Shown here piece by piece: positions 46,359 through 56,277 of a stretch of 64,000 nt of DNA (within the stretch, counting starts at the first letter, position 1; the number at the start of each line of letters is the position of its first letter). The translations under genes were made by a program, and so were the position numbers. This DNA is from Candidatus Shapirobacteria bacterium (GTDB taxonomy: Bacteria > Patescibacteriota > Microgenomatia > UBA12405): NCBI GenBank assembly GCA_041659325.1, contig JBAZYN010000001.1, positions 131,428 through 195,427 of the forward strand, in the 5' to 3' direction. Below the pieces are notes generated by a model. It searched no databases, was not told the DNA's origin, and saw only the letters and a program-made list of their open reading frames with translations.

Positions 46359-46603
46359 ACGATTCAAAATACTATTTCGTCAAAAAACTCTCTCTGATCA
46401 AATAAAACTTTTTGATACTAACAGACCATTTAACTTTATTATTTTTTACAGTAAAATACTCCCAGAGGCGCTTGAGTCCGACCAACACCGGACAAGCCGA
46501 GGGAAGAAAAGCTAATCACTTATTAGAACCCTCCGGAAATCCAACCGTAAAATGGGAATAAGTGTGTCGTATTTGCGGAGCACGAGAATGGCCAAAGAAT
46601 TTT

Positions 46604-46630
46604 CAAGTCCCGCAAATGCGGGATTTTTTT
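46604..46630 (+). terminator. Rho-independent terminator immediately upstream of aspS
   Basis: AGTCCCGC-aaat-GCGGGATTTTTTT ends ~25 nt before the aspS ATG. It is preceded by ~240 nt of GC-richer non-coding sequence. Confidence 0.6.
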
Positions 46631-46655
46631 ATATTATTAATAAACAAAAAAAATT

Positions 46656-48413
46656 ATGAAAAGGTCATATATAAAAGAATGTCTGAAAAAAGTCGGTGAA
46701 AAAGTCCTATTAAAAGGTTGGATCAGTAACATCAGAGACCATGGGCAATTGATTTTTATTGACCTTCGGGACTGGACTGGTATTGCACAAGTTGTCGTAA
46801 ACAGGGAAGAATCACCAGAAAATCATAAACTAGCAACCGATTTAGGAAAAGAATGGGTCGTAGAGATAGAAGGTGAAGTCAAAACCAGAGATCAAAAAGT
46901 TATTAACAAAAACTCAGAAACGGGAAATATCGAAATTAAATGTGAAAAAATTAGCGTCCTAACCAAAAGCGAAGTTGTACCTTTTCCACTCGACACGGAG
47001 GGAGTGGACATTGATGAATCCGTCAGGTTAAAATACAGATTTCTTGATTTAAGAAGACCAAGATTAAGCCGAATAATCCAGAAAAAGCACAAGTATATCT
47101 TGGCGATAAGAAATTGGATGGATAAAAACGGTTTTACCGAAGTAATTACTCCGTTATTAACTAGCACCTCCCCCGAAGGAGCCCGGGATTTTTTGGTCCC
47201 CTCACGAATTCACAAAGGTAAATTTTTCGTTTTGCCCCAAGCACCACAGCAATTTAAACAGTTACTCATGGTGGCAGGTGTTGATCGATATTTCCAAATC
47301 GCCCCATGTGCACGGGACGAAGATCCCAGGGCTGACCGTCATGCTGGTGTTTTTTACCAAATAGATATCGAAATGAGCTTCCCCACCATAGATGAGATTT
47401 TCGATGTTGCCGAAAGACTAATGAAAGACACCTACGCAGTAGTTGCCCCTGATAAAAAAATCGCTTCTTGCCCTTTCCCCAGGATCACTTACAAACAGGC
47501 TATGGAAAAATATGGCAGCGATAAACCGGACACCAGATTTGGATTGGAATTAAAAGATGTTACGAAATTACTGAAAGGAAAGAGTGAATTTAGTGTTTTT
47601 AACAACGCTAGCGTAATCAAATGTATAGTGGCCGACGGTGGTGGGGGATTCTCAAAAACCCAAATTGAAAAGTTGGAACTCCTAGCCAAAGAAAAAGGTG
47701 CCAAAGGCCTGGCCTATGCCAAAGTTACCGAATCAAGTTTAGATATTGGTGTCTCCAGATTTTTTAGTCAAGATTTACAAAAAGAGCTAATTACCAATCT
47801 TGCGGCAAAGTCGGGGGATTTAATTCTTTTTATTGCCGACGAGTTATCAGTTGCCAACAAGGTATTAGGTTCATTAAGAAATCATTTGGGAGATATCCTG
47901 GGTCTAAAAGATCCAAATATTTTATCGTTTGCCTGGGTTACAGGATTCCCTTTTTACGAAATAAACGGCGAAGGGAAACTCGATTTTGGCCACAACCCAT
48001 TCTCAATGCCAAAAGGCGGAAGGCAGGCACTTGATACAATGCCACCTCTGGAAATAGAATCGTACCAGTACGATTTAACCCTAAACGGCTTTGAACTCGC
48101 CTCTGGTTCAATCCGCAATCATGAACCGGAAACTCTGATAAAAGCTTTTGAAAAAATCGGTTATGGTAGAGAGGAAATATTGAGGAAATTTGGAGGCATG
48201 TACAACGCTTTTCATTATGGAGCCCCTCCGCATGGCGGTTGGGCAATCGGCCTCGACCGGTTATTGATGATTTTACTAGACGAATCAAACATTCGCGATG
48301 TTTACGCCTTTCCTCTAAATTCCAACGGGATTGATCTTTTAATGAATGCTCCGGGTGAGGTAGACAAAAAACAACTTGACGATGTTGGGTTAATATTAAA
48401 ACCTAGCGTTTAA
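46656..48413 (+). CDS. aspS: aspartate--tRNA ligase
   Basis: 585 aa. N-terminal OB domain, class II motifs 1-3 (FRDE-like, GGGSIR) and a GAD insertion. Confidence 0.95.
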   Translation: MKRSYIKECLKKVGEKVLLKGWISNIRDHGQLIFIDLRDWTGIAQVVVNREESPENHKLATDLGKEWVVEIEGEVKTRDQKVINKNSETGNIEIKCEKISVLTKSEVVPFPLDTEGVDIDESVRLKYRFLDLRRPRLSRIIQKKHKYILAIRNWMDKNGFTEVITPLLTSTSPEGARDFLVPSRIHKGKFFVLPQAPQQFKQLLMVAGVDRYFQIAPCARDEDPRADRHAGVFYQIDIEMSFPTIDEIFDVAERLMKDTYAVVAPDKKIASCPFPRITYKQAMEKYGSDKPDTRFGLELKDVTKLLKGKSEFSVFNNASVIKCIVADGGGGFSKTQIEKLELLAKEKGAKGLAYAKVTESSLDIGVSRFFSQDLQKELITNLAAKSGDLILFIADELSVANKVLGSLRNHLGDILGLKDPNILSFAWVTGFPFYEINGEGKLDFGHNPFSMPKGGRQALDTMPPLEIESYQYDLTLNGFELASGSIRNHEPETLIKAFEKIGYGREEILRKFGGMYNAFHYGAPPHGGWAIGLDRLLMILLDESNIRDVYAFPLNSNGIDLLMNAPGEVDKKQLDDVGLILKPSV

Positions 48414-48415
48414 AA

Positions 48416-48895
48416 ATGAACACGGTTCCCCAAATTTCTCTTTACGACAAACTAATAAGTTATCTCAAAGAAAAATCAGTTAATTTTAGAGAAATTTCTC
48501 ATAGAGAGACAAAAACATCGGTTGAATCCGCTGCTGCCCGGGGAACAAAACTCAAACAAGGTGCCAAGGCCTTACTCATGTTTGCCGACAACAACCCGGT
48601 TCTCATAGTTTTATCAGCCGCCAAAAAGTTAGACAACGCCGCTTTCAAAAAGCAGTTTGAAGTCAAAGATCTTCGCATGGCCACCCCCGAAGAAGTAAAA
48701 CAAGTCAGTCAGGTTGATATCGGGGCAGTTCCTCCGTTTGGTAATCTTTTTGGAGTTCCTGTTTATGTTGACGAAGGTTTCCTCTTGATCGAGGAAATTG
48801 CTTTTAATGCCGGATCGCTTTCCCGGTCAGTTATTATGAAATCAGCCGATTGGAAAAAATTAACCACCCCAAAAATCGGTACCTATGCTATCTAA
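48416..48895 (+). CDS. YbaK/ProX-type aminoacyl-tRNA deacylase
   Basis: 159 aa. KALLM...IGAVPPFG is the YbaK/EbsC trans-editing domain pattern. Confidence 0.7.
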   Translation: MNTVPQISLYDKLISYLKEKSVNFREISHRETKTSVESAAARGTKLKQGAKALLMFADNNPVLIVLSAAKKLDNAAFKKQFEVKDLRMATPEEVKQVSQVDIGAVPPFGNLFGVPVYVDEGFLLIEEIAFNAGSLSRSVIMKSADWKKLTTPKIGTYAI

Positions 48896-49826
48896 AATTA
48901 CGCCACCAAAACATCTTTTTTTTCCTATCATATTAGCCCTCATCGTCGTCAATCTGCTGTGCCTGTCAGTATTACTACGTTGGCGGCTTCGCTGGTCAAA
49001 AATTCATGCCGTAAACACTCAAGCCATATCAAAACTTGACCGATACCAACACCCGCAAATTCCGATAGTGTCCGCCCCGTCCGATATTTCTCTGACAGCC
49101 ACCAGTTTTATTTTGATAGATAATAATACAAATACCACCCTTATTTCCAAAAACCCTGACCAAAAGATTTTTCCGGCCTCAACCACCAAGCTGGCAACCG
49201 CCCTTACCGCTCTCAACATATATCCGCTGGACGAATTAATCACCATAAAAGAAAAATATGATGTTGGCAAAGTCATGAATCTGGTACCGGAAGAAAAAAT
49301 TACAGTAAAGTCTTTAGTTACAGCTCTTCTGGTATATTCGGCAAACGATGCCGCCTATAGTCTTGCCAATCACCATCAGGCAGGGGTAGGCGGCTTTGTT
49401 AATCAGATGAACTTAATCGTCAGTAAATACGGTCTTAAAAATACTCACTTTGCTAATTACGATGGTATTGATGACCCGGAAAATTATTCTAGTGTTTATG
49501 ATTTGGCCCAAATCGGCCGTATTTCTATCAAAAATCCGGTTATCAGGGAAGTAGTCAGGAACAAGGCAATTACTGTCACCGACATTAGCGGCAGTATAAA
49601 ACACGAACTAATTTCAACCAACGAACTTTTGGGTCTTTCGCCCGAAATAGAAGGCCTAAAAACCGGTTGGACTCCGGAAGCAGGTGGTAGTTTTGTTGGG
49701 TTGATAAATCGAAACGGTCATTATTTGATAAGTGTTGTTGCCAACAGTACAGACCGATTTTCCGATACCCAAAAAATTGTTGACTGGGCAAAAGAAAACG
49801 TGGTCTGGAATGACTACCTGTTTTAA
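48885..49826 (+). CDS. D-alanyl-D-alanine carboxypeptidase (PBP5-like serine peptidase S11)
   Basis: 313 aa with an N-terminal TM. SxxK (ASTTKL), SxN (YSANDAA) and KTG motifs are present. Confidence 0.75.
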   Translation: MLSKITPPKHLFFPIILALIVVNLLCLSVLLRWRLRWSKIHAVNTQAISKLDRYQHPQIPIVSAPSDISLTATSFILIDNNTNTTLISKNPDQKIFPASTTKLATALTALNIYPLDELITIKEKYDVGKVMNLVPEEKITVKSLVTALLVYSANDAAYSLANHHQAGVGGFVNQMNLIVSKYGLKNTHFANYDGIDDPENYSSVYDLAQIGRISIKNPVIREVVRNKAITVTDISGSIKHELISTNELLGLSPEIEGLKTGWTPEAGGSFVGLINRNGHYLISVVANSTDRFSDTQKIVDWAKENVVWNDYLF

Positions 49827-49833
49827 AATTAAT

Positions 49834-50871
49834 TTATTCTATCCATCCATCGATTATTGCTGGTACGTATCCGACAAAATTATTGTTTCCTTCAAAAACA
49901 AAAATCGGTTGTAAATACTGTGCCAACGTAAATGGTTCATAATAAGCCAGATAAACCCTCTTAATAGATACATTATTTCCGCTTATGTCAGATATAGGCC
50001 AGTAGTTTCCGGCTTCAAGATCGGCCATTGCTTCCCTGGTTGTCTTGATCGGATAGGTAGAATATGATTCTCTGTCTATATTTACCATCTTATAATTCAC
50101 TCCGATTACTTTTTTACTGTTTACAGATGAACCAGAAATCAGCACAGAAATTGGTGGACTGCCCAAGTTAGAGGGGATTATTTCATACTCATCTAATTTT
50201 TTTCTGGAAAAATCAACTCTTACCGCATTGGCATCAGATTGTGAATTTACCGCCTGAAGACCGTCATAAGATATTTTCCAATAAGTAACTCTTTGTTCTC
50301 CTTGCTCGATCTCGGTAGACAATTTATCAGCTGTTGATAAGTAACTTTTTGCAATTTGTATTGCACTGGTTTTATTAGGCAGACTTTCAGGGCTCAAAAG
50401 CAGTTGGTCGGATTGATAAGGATATTCAAGTTTAAAACTGGAGTCCAAAACATTCATTGTCAGTACCTGATTCGTCGTACTATTAGAAAATTCGTAGATC
50501 CCGGGGCTTATCTCTTTTTCTTTTTCCACAAAACCAAAAGCTTGGGCCACCCTCCTGTCTTTTTCCAAATTTAATATTACGTTATTAGACCGATATATAA
50601 AATACACCTTCATTTTGTCCTCAAAAACCGGCGGGGAATCATTGGAAAACTCAAAACTAAAAACTTTTTTTTGATATTGTTTCTCGGGAAAAATAATTTT
50701 TTTTAGGAGACCATATTTTGCTTCTGGAGCAATTTTGGGCGGATGAGCCAATTGATATGCTTTTATCGCCGCTGCTGTCCCAGTCCACAATAGCACCAAT
50801 CCTACCACAAAAACCCCACCATACTTGATAATATTTCTTGAATAGTGGGCGGTGTGCGTTAACGATGACAT
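49834..50871 (-). CDS. hypothetical membrane-anchored protein
   Basis: 345 aa with an N-terminal TM helix and no recognised domain. Confidence 0.5.
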   Translation of the reverse strand: MSSLTHTAHYSRNIIKYGGVFVVGLVLLWTGTAAAIKAYQLAHPPKIAPEAKYGLLKKIIFPEKQYQKKVFSFEFSNDSPPVFEDKMKVYFIYRSNNVILNLEKDRRVAQAFGFVEKEKEISPGIYEFSNSTTNQVLTMNVLDSSFKLEYPYQSDQLLLSPESLPNKTSAIQIAKSYLSTADKLSTEIEQGEQRVTYWKISYDGLQAVNSQSDANAVRVDFSRKKLDEYEIIPSNLGSPPISVLISGSSVNSKKVIGVNYKMVNIDRESYSTYPIKTTREAMADLEAGNYWPISDISGNNVSIKRVYLAYYEPFTLAQYLQPIFVFEGNNNFVGYVPAIIDGWIE

Positions 50872-50920
50872 AGAATAATTTTACATTAAAGTCGGTATAT
50901 TTTGATGATAGAATACTTTT

Positions 50921-52366
50921 ATGGCAGATGCAAAAGTTATCCGAACCAGAATGGCGCCCAGTCCCACGGGGGATATCCACATTGGCACCCTGCGTACCGG
51001 TCTCTATGCTTATGCCCTTGCCAAACAAAATGAAGGCCAATTTATTTTACGCATCGAAGATACAGATCAAAAAAGATTAGTCAGGGGTGCCGCCGAAAGA
51101 ACTTTAAAGGTTTTTAGAGACTATGGTTTGATTTACGACGAAGGTCCTGATGTCGGGGGACCTTTTGGTCCTTATGTCCAAACCGAGCGTCTGGCAATTT
51201 ATCAAAAATATATTCAGGAGCTTTTGCTCAAAAAGCTTGCCTACCATTGCTTCTGTACCCCGGAAAGACTTGATGAAATGCGCACGCTTCAAAAAGCCGC
51301 CAAAAAAATTCCCAAATACGATCGTCACTGTCTCGCCCTGACTCCTGACGAAATCAACCAAAAAATCGAAAACGGTCAGGAATATGTCATACGTCTAAGA
51401 ATTCCCGACAACGAAACTATTGTTTTTAACGACCTAATCCATGGTGAAATTAAATTCAATACCAATGACCTAGACGATCAGGTCCTGATCAAGAGTAACG
51501 GTATCCCTACTTATCATTTTGCTGTTGTAGTCGATGATCACCTCATGGAAATTAGTCATATCATCCGCTCCGACGAATGGATTTCTTCAACCCCAAAGCA
51601 CATTATCCTTTATCGATATTTTGGATGGGATGTGCCTCTTATTGCTCACCTTACAGTTCTTCTGGATCCGACACATCCCGGTAAAATGAGCAAGCGTTAC
51701 GGCTCAGTTTTTGCTCAGCAATTTATTGACGAGGGGTATCTGCCGGAAGCTATGTTAAATTTTTTAATGCTATTGGGCTGGAATCCCGGCACCGACCGTG
51801 AACTGTTCACCCTTCAGGAATTTGTTTCCGAATTTAGTATTAGCCATCTTCACAAAAAGGCGGCGATTTTTGACCGTAAAAAACTAGATTACTTTAATGG
51901 TATATACCTCCGGAAAAAGTCAAATGAAGAATTATCCCGACTTTTTAAAAAATTTTTACCCCAAGCCAACGATAATATCATCACTGCTTTAATTCCGATT
52001 TTAAAAGAAAGAATTGTAAAGCTTAAAGATCTTGTTGATCAAACCAAATTTCTTTTTGAAGATATAAAATACGAGCCGGCTCTCCTAATGCAAAGAGGTC
52101 TTAGTAAAGATTTGGCTGTCTCCATGCTAACCGAAGCCAAAAATTTACTGTCTCAGGTCGAATTATTCGAATTCTCTGTAATACAGGAAAAACTTATGAA
52201 TCTGATTAAAACCAACAATTGGAACACCGGTCAATTCTTCATGGTTTTTCGGGTTGCTATATGTGGTGTTGTTTTCACGCCTCCGGTTGTTGATTGTCTG
52301 CCGATTTTAGGTAAGGAAAATACCCTCCGCAAGATCAACCTTGCTTTGGCTAAGCTAGAAAAGTAA
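50921..52366 (+). CDS. gltX: glutamate--tRNA ligase
   Basis: 481 aa. PSPTGDIHIGTLRT (HIGH), KMSKR and an anticodon-binding C-terminus. Confidence 0.95.
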   Translation: MADAKVIRTRMAPSPTGDIHIGTLRTGLYAYALAKQNEGQFILRIEDTDQKRLVRGAAERTLKVFRDYGLIYDEGPDVGGPFGPYVQTERLAIYQKYIQELLLKKLAYHCFCTPERLDEMRTLQKAAKKIPKYDRHCLALTPDEINQKIENGQEYVIRLRIPDNETIVFNDLIHGEIKFNTNDLDDQVLIKSNGIPTYHFAVVVDDHLMEISHIIRSDEWISSTPKHIILYRYFGWDVPLIAHLTVLLDPTHPGKMSKRYGSVFAQQFIDEGYLPEAMLNFLMLLGWNPGTDRELFTLQEFVSEFSISHLHKKAAIFDRKKLDYFNGIYLRKKSNEELSRLFKKFLPQANDNIITALIPILKERIVKLKDLVDQTKFLFEDIKYEPALLMQRGLSKDLAVSMLTEAKNLLSQVELFEFSVIQEKLMNLIKTNNWNTGQFFMVFRVAICGVVFTPPVVDCLPILGKENTLRKINLALAKLEK

Positions 52367-52387
52367 ATCCATAGTAATATAAAAATA

Positions 52388-53605
52388 GTGATCATATTTT
52401 TATTTGTCATATGTCTGTTTCTTGTTCCCAAAATTGCCCACGCCCAAGTATCAATTTCTGAAATTTCTCCTGTAACCAATCCTGAATGGGTAGAAATATA
52501 CAACGCCTCTGATTCTGCCGTCATGCTAAACGGCTGGAAATTTGACGACATAGAATCCGATGGGGAAAGCCCCAAAGATTTATCATCAATAAATATTCAG
52601 GCACTTAGTTATTACATCATTGATCTTGGTAACGGCTACTTAAACAACGGGGGTGATTCTGCCCGTTTAATCAATAATCTTGGAAGTCAGGTAGATATTT
52701 TTACATACAGTACCAGTAATTCTGAGCTGAATTGGTCAAAACAGCCTAATGGTAATTGGTGTCAAGCTACTCCATCAAAGGATAATTCTAACAATAGTTG
52801 TTTTACTCCCACTTCAACCCCCACCCCCACAACTGTCATCGTTCCGTCTTCTACACCTACACCATCCAATGCTCCTACGCCAACATCCACACCGACAATA
52901 ACTACTACACTCACTCCCACACCTGCACCATCCACAACCAGCACCCCCACCCCTACTTCAGGGCCGATACACATTACGATCGACAACATTTCCTCCTCCG
53001 CCTCATTGGGAAGTACCTTTACAATAAGATTTATTGTTAACCATGCAAAGCCAAATACAGATTTTTACATAAAAGCCTATGGCGGTATCAATGACGACAA
53101 CTATTGTCTTGAAACTCAAAACGGGTCTTCCTGGTATGGTTTCAATTCAGCCTGGGATAACCTCCCGAAATTTCGATCCAATAACGATGGATATATCAGC
53201 AACTTATTGTTTGTCCGGTCCAAAACCGACAAAGAAATCGGAAATTACAAAGTAAAAGTAAAAATCAGAGATCCCGAGACCGAGAGCGAAATAAAATACA
53301 TTACCATCACCAAATTTGTCCCCTCTCCCACCCCGACTTTGGTTCCCACCCCAACCGTTGAGCCCACCCCCACCGAGTCCTTCGAAGAACCTACCCCGGG
53401 GCCTCTCCCCACCGATACTCCCGAAGCTATTCCCGATTCTGTAAACATCCTTGGTCTTTCAGATGCCAAGGGTTTGTCTCCTACAATTTCTCCCCCTCAA
53501 GACTCAAAATCAAAAAGGGGGATAATTCCGGTTATCTTCATCTCTGTTGGCGCCGTGTTTCTTCTGATTCCATTACTAGTGTCAAAAATACGAGGTGTCC
53601 AATAA
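52388..53605 (+). CDS. secreted lamin-tail-domain (LTD) protein with Thr/Pro-rich linkers and C-terminal TM anchor
   Basis: Signal peptide, then EISPVTNPEWVEIYNASDSAVMLNGWKFDD (LTD), then TPTPTST low-complexity linkers and a C-terminal hydrophobic anchor. Confidence 0.65.
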   Translation: MIIFLFVICLFLVPKIAHAQVSISEISPVTNPEWVEIYNASDSAVMLNGWKFDDIESDGESPKDLSSINIQALSYYIIDLGNGYLNNGGDSARLINNLGSQVDIFTYSTSNSELNWSKQPNGNWCQATPSKDNSNNSCFTPTSTPTPTTVIVPSSTPTPSNAPTPTSTPTITTTLTPTPAPSTTSTPTPTSGPIHITIDNISSSASLGSTFTIRFIVNHAKPNTDFYIKAYGGINDDNYCLETQNGSSWYGFNSAWDNLPKFRSNNDGYISNLLFVRSKTDKEIGNYKVKVKIRDPETESEIKYITITKFVPSPTPTLVPTPTVEPTPTESFEEPTPGPLPTDTPEAIPDSVNILGLSDAKGLSPTISPPQDSKSKRGIIPVIFISVGAVFLLIPLLVSKIRGVQ

Positions 53606-53963
53606 ATATAAAATAGTCAGGTTTTTACCGTCTCTGATCTGGATGATGGTTATCTTTTATTTTTCGGCACAGCAAACTACCGGCATTCAGGGTACATTTA
53701 ACCAGCGGTTTATAATCCTAAAAAGTTTTCATCTCATTGAATACGCAATTCTTTGTGCTCTCCTTTATGTTGGGTTTAAAAATTATAAATCATCCGTTTT
53801 GATAAGCTACTTTTATGCACTATCCGACGAACTGCACCAAAGCTATGTTCCGGGCAGAGAAGGTAAGTTGATAGATACATTTATCGATCTGTTTGGTATA
53901 TCAATTGGCGTCATTCTAATTCGCCACTTAATACCCCTGATAGTTAAATTCATCCGAAAGTAA
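53595..53963 (+). CDS. VanZ-like family membrane protein
   Basis: 122 aa. SDELHQSYVPGREGKLIDTFIDLFGISIGV matches the VanZ family. Confidence 0.7.
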   Translation: MSNKYKIVRFLPSLIWMMVIFYFSAQQTTGIQGTFNQRFIILKSFHLIEYAILCALLYVGFKNYKSSVLISYFYALSDELHQSYVPGREGKLIDTFIDLFGISIGVILIRHLIPLIVKFIRK

Positions 53964-54005
53964 TAATCTGTTGCCAATGGTTTAATTTCCCCCTATACTG
54001 AATTA

Positions 54006-54869
54006 GTGAATCGATTTTTATCGTTATTGATTATTCCACAGGAAAGAAATAATCATCGTGCCCTGTTGTTGCAACCGGGTTTTTTTGGAATTTTTATTGC
54101 CCTTTACCTTTTAAACCAGTCTTTCATCAAATCCATCACTATCGCTCGGCCGGGGATCCTGGGTTATTCTTCGGAAATCACCGCGCAGAAAGTTATTGAC
54201 CAAACTAATTTAATGCGCACCAAATCCGGTTTACCTTCTCTCAGGTACAATCCGCTCCTGGCTCAATCCGCTATCGCCAAAGCAAACGATATGTTTCAGA
54301 ATAATTATTGGGCGCACAACTCACCCTCCGGAAAAAATCCGTGGAGTTTTTTCAAAGAGTCGGGATACCAATATTCAGTTGCCGGAGAAAATTTAGCCAA
54401 GGACTTCTATGATACCGATTCTATGCTAAAAGCGTGGATGAAATCTCCTACACATCGGGCAAATATTATCCATGCGAAATACAAAGAAATTGGGGTAGGG
54501 GTAGTAAACGGTGTTCTTGGCGGAGTTAAAACCACACTAGTCGTGCAGCATTTTGGTGCACCGTTAAAAGCTTCGCTCGAAGAACCCCAAATTATTGAAA
54601 GCCTTCCTCAAGAAATTATTATTGACAATATCGCCGGAGCTGAATCGGTAATTCCCGCCATGGCTACAAATCCCACTAATCCGCTACTAATCAGTAAAAT
54701 TATCGGGGGAATAATGTTTTTTGTTATCATCGGAGTCCTTTTCATTGATGGCATAATCACCCTAAAAAATGGTACCCAACGCATGACCGGCTCATCGGCC
54801 GGACACATTGGTTTTTTGGCGATAATTTTTCTTTTAATGCTTTTTACCCGCCAGGGGGCGATATTTTAG
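54006..54869 (+). CDS. CAP (SCP/PR-1-like) domain protein with C-terminal TM
   Basis: YWAHNSPSG...GENLAKDF...WMKSPTHRANII...IGVGVV are CAP motifs. A C-terminal TM follows. Confidence 0.7.
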   Translation: MNRFLSLLIIPQERNNHRALLLQPGFFGIFIALYLLNQSFIKSITIARPGILGYSSEITAQKVIDQTNLMRTKSGLPSLRYNPLLAQSAIAKANDMFQNNYWAHNSPSGKNPWSFFKESGYQYSVAGENLAKDFYDTDSMLKAWMKSPTHRANIIHAKYKEIGVGVVNGVLGGVKTTLVVQHFGAPLKASLEEPQIIESLPQEIIIDNIAGAESVIPAMATNPTNPLLISKIIGGIMFFVIIGVLFIDGIITLKNGTQRMTGSSAGHIGFLAIIFLLMLFTRQGAIF

Positions 54870-54887
54870 AAAATATAAACTACCTGT

Positions 54888-55151
54888 ATGATATTTAAAG
54901 AAATTTCACAAAAACCGATTGAATATATCGCCCTACTCATTATCTTCATTTTATTTGCCACGGCTTTTTACCTGTTTAGCTTTGATCCTCATTCCCAGCG
55001 CCGGGTAATCTATGCTGCCTCAGGAAGCTATTTTTTGTGGAGTCTATATCACCATTACAAGAGGGGAGATTTACATATTTCGATCGTCATAGAGTACCTC
55101 TTGATCGCCATTTTTGGAATCGTTCTCCTCTCCAGCACCATGCTCTACTAA
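54888..55151 (+). CDS. hypothetical small membrane protein
   Basis: 87 aa with two predicted TM helices. Confidence 0.35.
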   Translation: MIFKEISQKPIEYIALLIIFILFATAFYLFSFDPHSQRRVIYAASGSYFLWSLYHHYKRGDLHISIVIEYLLIAIFGIVLLSSTMLY

Positions 55152-55185
55152 ATTATTCCTCTTTCTCGTTTTCCGGTAGACTATT

Positions 55186-55222
55186 AAAATTACTGATTAC
55201 CAATTACTGATTACACAATTGT
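55186..55222. repeat. GATTAC(T/A)-type tandem repeat
   Basis: TTACTGATTACCAATTACTGATTACACAATTGTAATTAG. A related array lies at 56637-56676, and ATTACTGATTACA is shared. Confidence 0.45.
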
Positions 55223-55224
55223 AA

Positions 55225-55914
55225 TTAGATCTTTATCTGTTCCCTCTGCCATTCCTTAATTTTTTTTGGGTCTCCCGATAATAGTACCTCCGGAACACTA
55301 TGCCCCAAAAATTTTCTCGGTCTTGTGTATTGAGGATATTCTACCACCCTCCTGATTTTTCCACCGACCTCTTGTTTCGAAAAACTTTCAACCTTGCTCG
55401 ATTCATCTTTCCCGAGAACTCCGGGCAATAGTCTGGTAACCGCATCGACTATCAGCATTGCCGGTATTTCTCCGCCGGTCAAAACAAAATCACCTATAGA
55501 TACTTCTTCGTCCACCATATAGTCAGCCACTCTTTGATCAAAACCTTCATAATGTCCACAAACAATTACTAAATTATCAAGTTTCGCCCACTTTTCCACA
55601 TTCTTTTGAGTCAATCTTTTCCCCCTTGCTGATGTCAGGATGATCTTCGACTTTTGACTTTTAAACTTTAAGACTTTAAGACTTTTAGACTTTATTTCAT
55701 CCAACGCTTTTGCGATCACATCAGCTCTAATTAGCATCCCCACATTTCCGCCGAATGGTTTATCATCCACTGCTCCATAATCATTCCACGCCCATTGCCT
55801 CATATCGTGTAAATTTAGTTCCAATATCTTTTTGTCAATCGCCCTCTTCATCATACTTTCCGCAAAAGGGGACTCAAACATTTTTGGAAACAATGTCACC
55901 ACATCAATTTTCAT
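55225..55914 (-). CDS. trmD: tRNA (guanine37-N1)-methyltransferase
   Basis: 229 aa. SPOUT knot motifs (LVIVCGHYEGFDQRV, IGDFVLTGGEIPAM). It contains a Lys-rich in-frame insertion encoded by the 55647-55697 mini-repeat. Confidence 0.9.
   Translation of the reverse strand: MKIDVVTLFPKMFESPFAESMMKRAIDKKILELNLHDMRQWAWNDYGAVDDKPFGGNVGMLIRADVIAKALDEIKSKSLKVLKFKSQKSKIILTSARGKRLTQKNVEKWAKLDNLVIVCGHYEGFDQRVADYMVDEEVSIGDFVLTGGEIPAMLIVDAVTRLLPGVLGKDESSKVESFSKQEVGGKIRRVVEYPQYTRPRKFLGHSVPEVLLSGDPKKIKEWQREQIKI
55647..55697. repeat. GACTTTTAGACTTTTAAA-type tandem mini-repeat (copy inside trmD CDS)
   Basis: TTCGACTTTTGACTTTTAAACTTTAAGACTTTAAGACTTTTAGACTTT. It encodes ...KSKSLKVLKFKSQKSK... in TrmD. Confidence 0.55.
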
Positions 55915-55922
55915 AGTCTATT

Positions 55923-56258
55923 TTACCTTGAACCTCTTCTTCTTATCGCAGTCAAAAATTCGTCTTGTCTATCAAACCCATGTTCCTGCGCCAACCTGTC
56001 ACCGCATAATCCGCTTTTATCTCCCCTCGTTTTTATATAGTCAGGCCCAACCACGTATACCCTCTCTTCAACACTTAACAACTCTACCTCTCTTGGATCT
56101 CTAGGGTTCCTGCACCGTCCATTTGACCTGCTTACAAACCTAACATATCTTACTCCTCTTAGCTAATCATTCAGTTGTAATTCTTCTTCTACTTCTTTTT
56201 CCGTCATCCTTCGATATTCTATTTCCTCGGTTGACAAAATTTCTCGTCTCCCTCTCAT
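55923..56258 (-). pseudogene. purine-rich ORF interrupted by one in-frame TAG (frame-disrupted gene or read-through candidate)
   Basis: It runs from the ATG at 56258 in a single frame: MRGRREILSTEEIEYRRMTEKEVEEELQLND-TAG-LRGVRYVRFVSRSNGRCRNPRDPREVELLSVEERVYVVGPDYIKTRGDKSGLCGDRLAQEHGFDRQDEFLTAIRRRGSR. There is strong purine skew on the minus strand. AAGAGGAG lies immediately downstream of the TAG. No family recognised. Confidence 0.3.
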
Positions 56259-56277
56259 GCACTAAAGTATATCATTA

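Noticed and set aside
46359-46600. T-box riboswitch upstream of aspS
   Set aside because: No AGGGUGGNACCGCG T-box sequence and no recognisable specifier loop. It is kept only as an unclassified leader with a terminator.
52762-53469. Minus-strand ORFs 52762-52989 and 53245-53469 (GVGV-rich)
   Set aside because: They are antisense to the Thr/Pro-rich linker of the LTD protein. Repetitive GTxGTx translation is an artefact.
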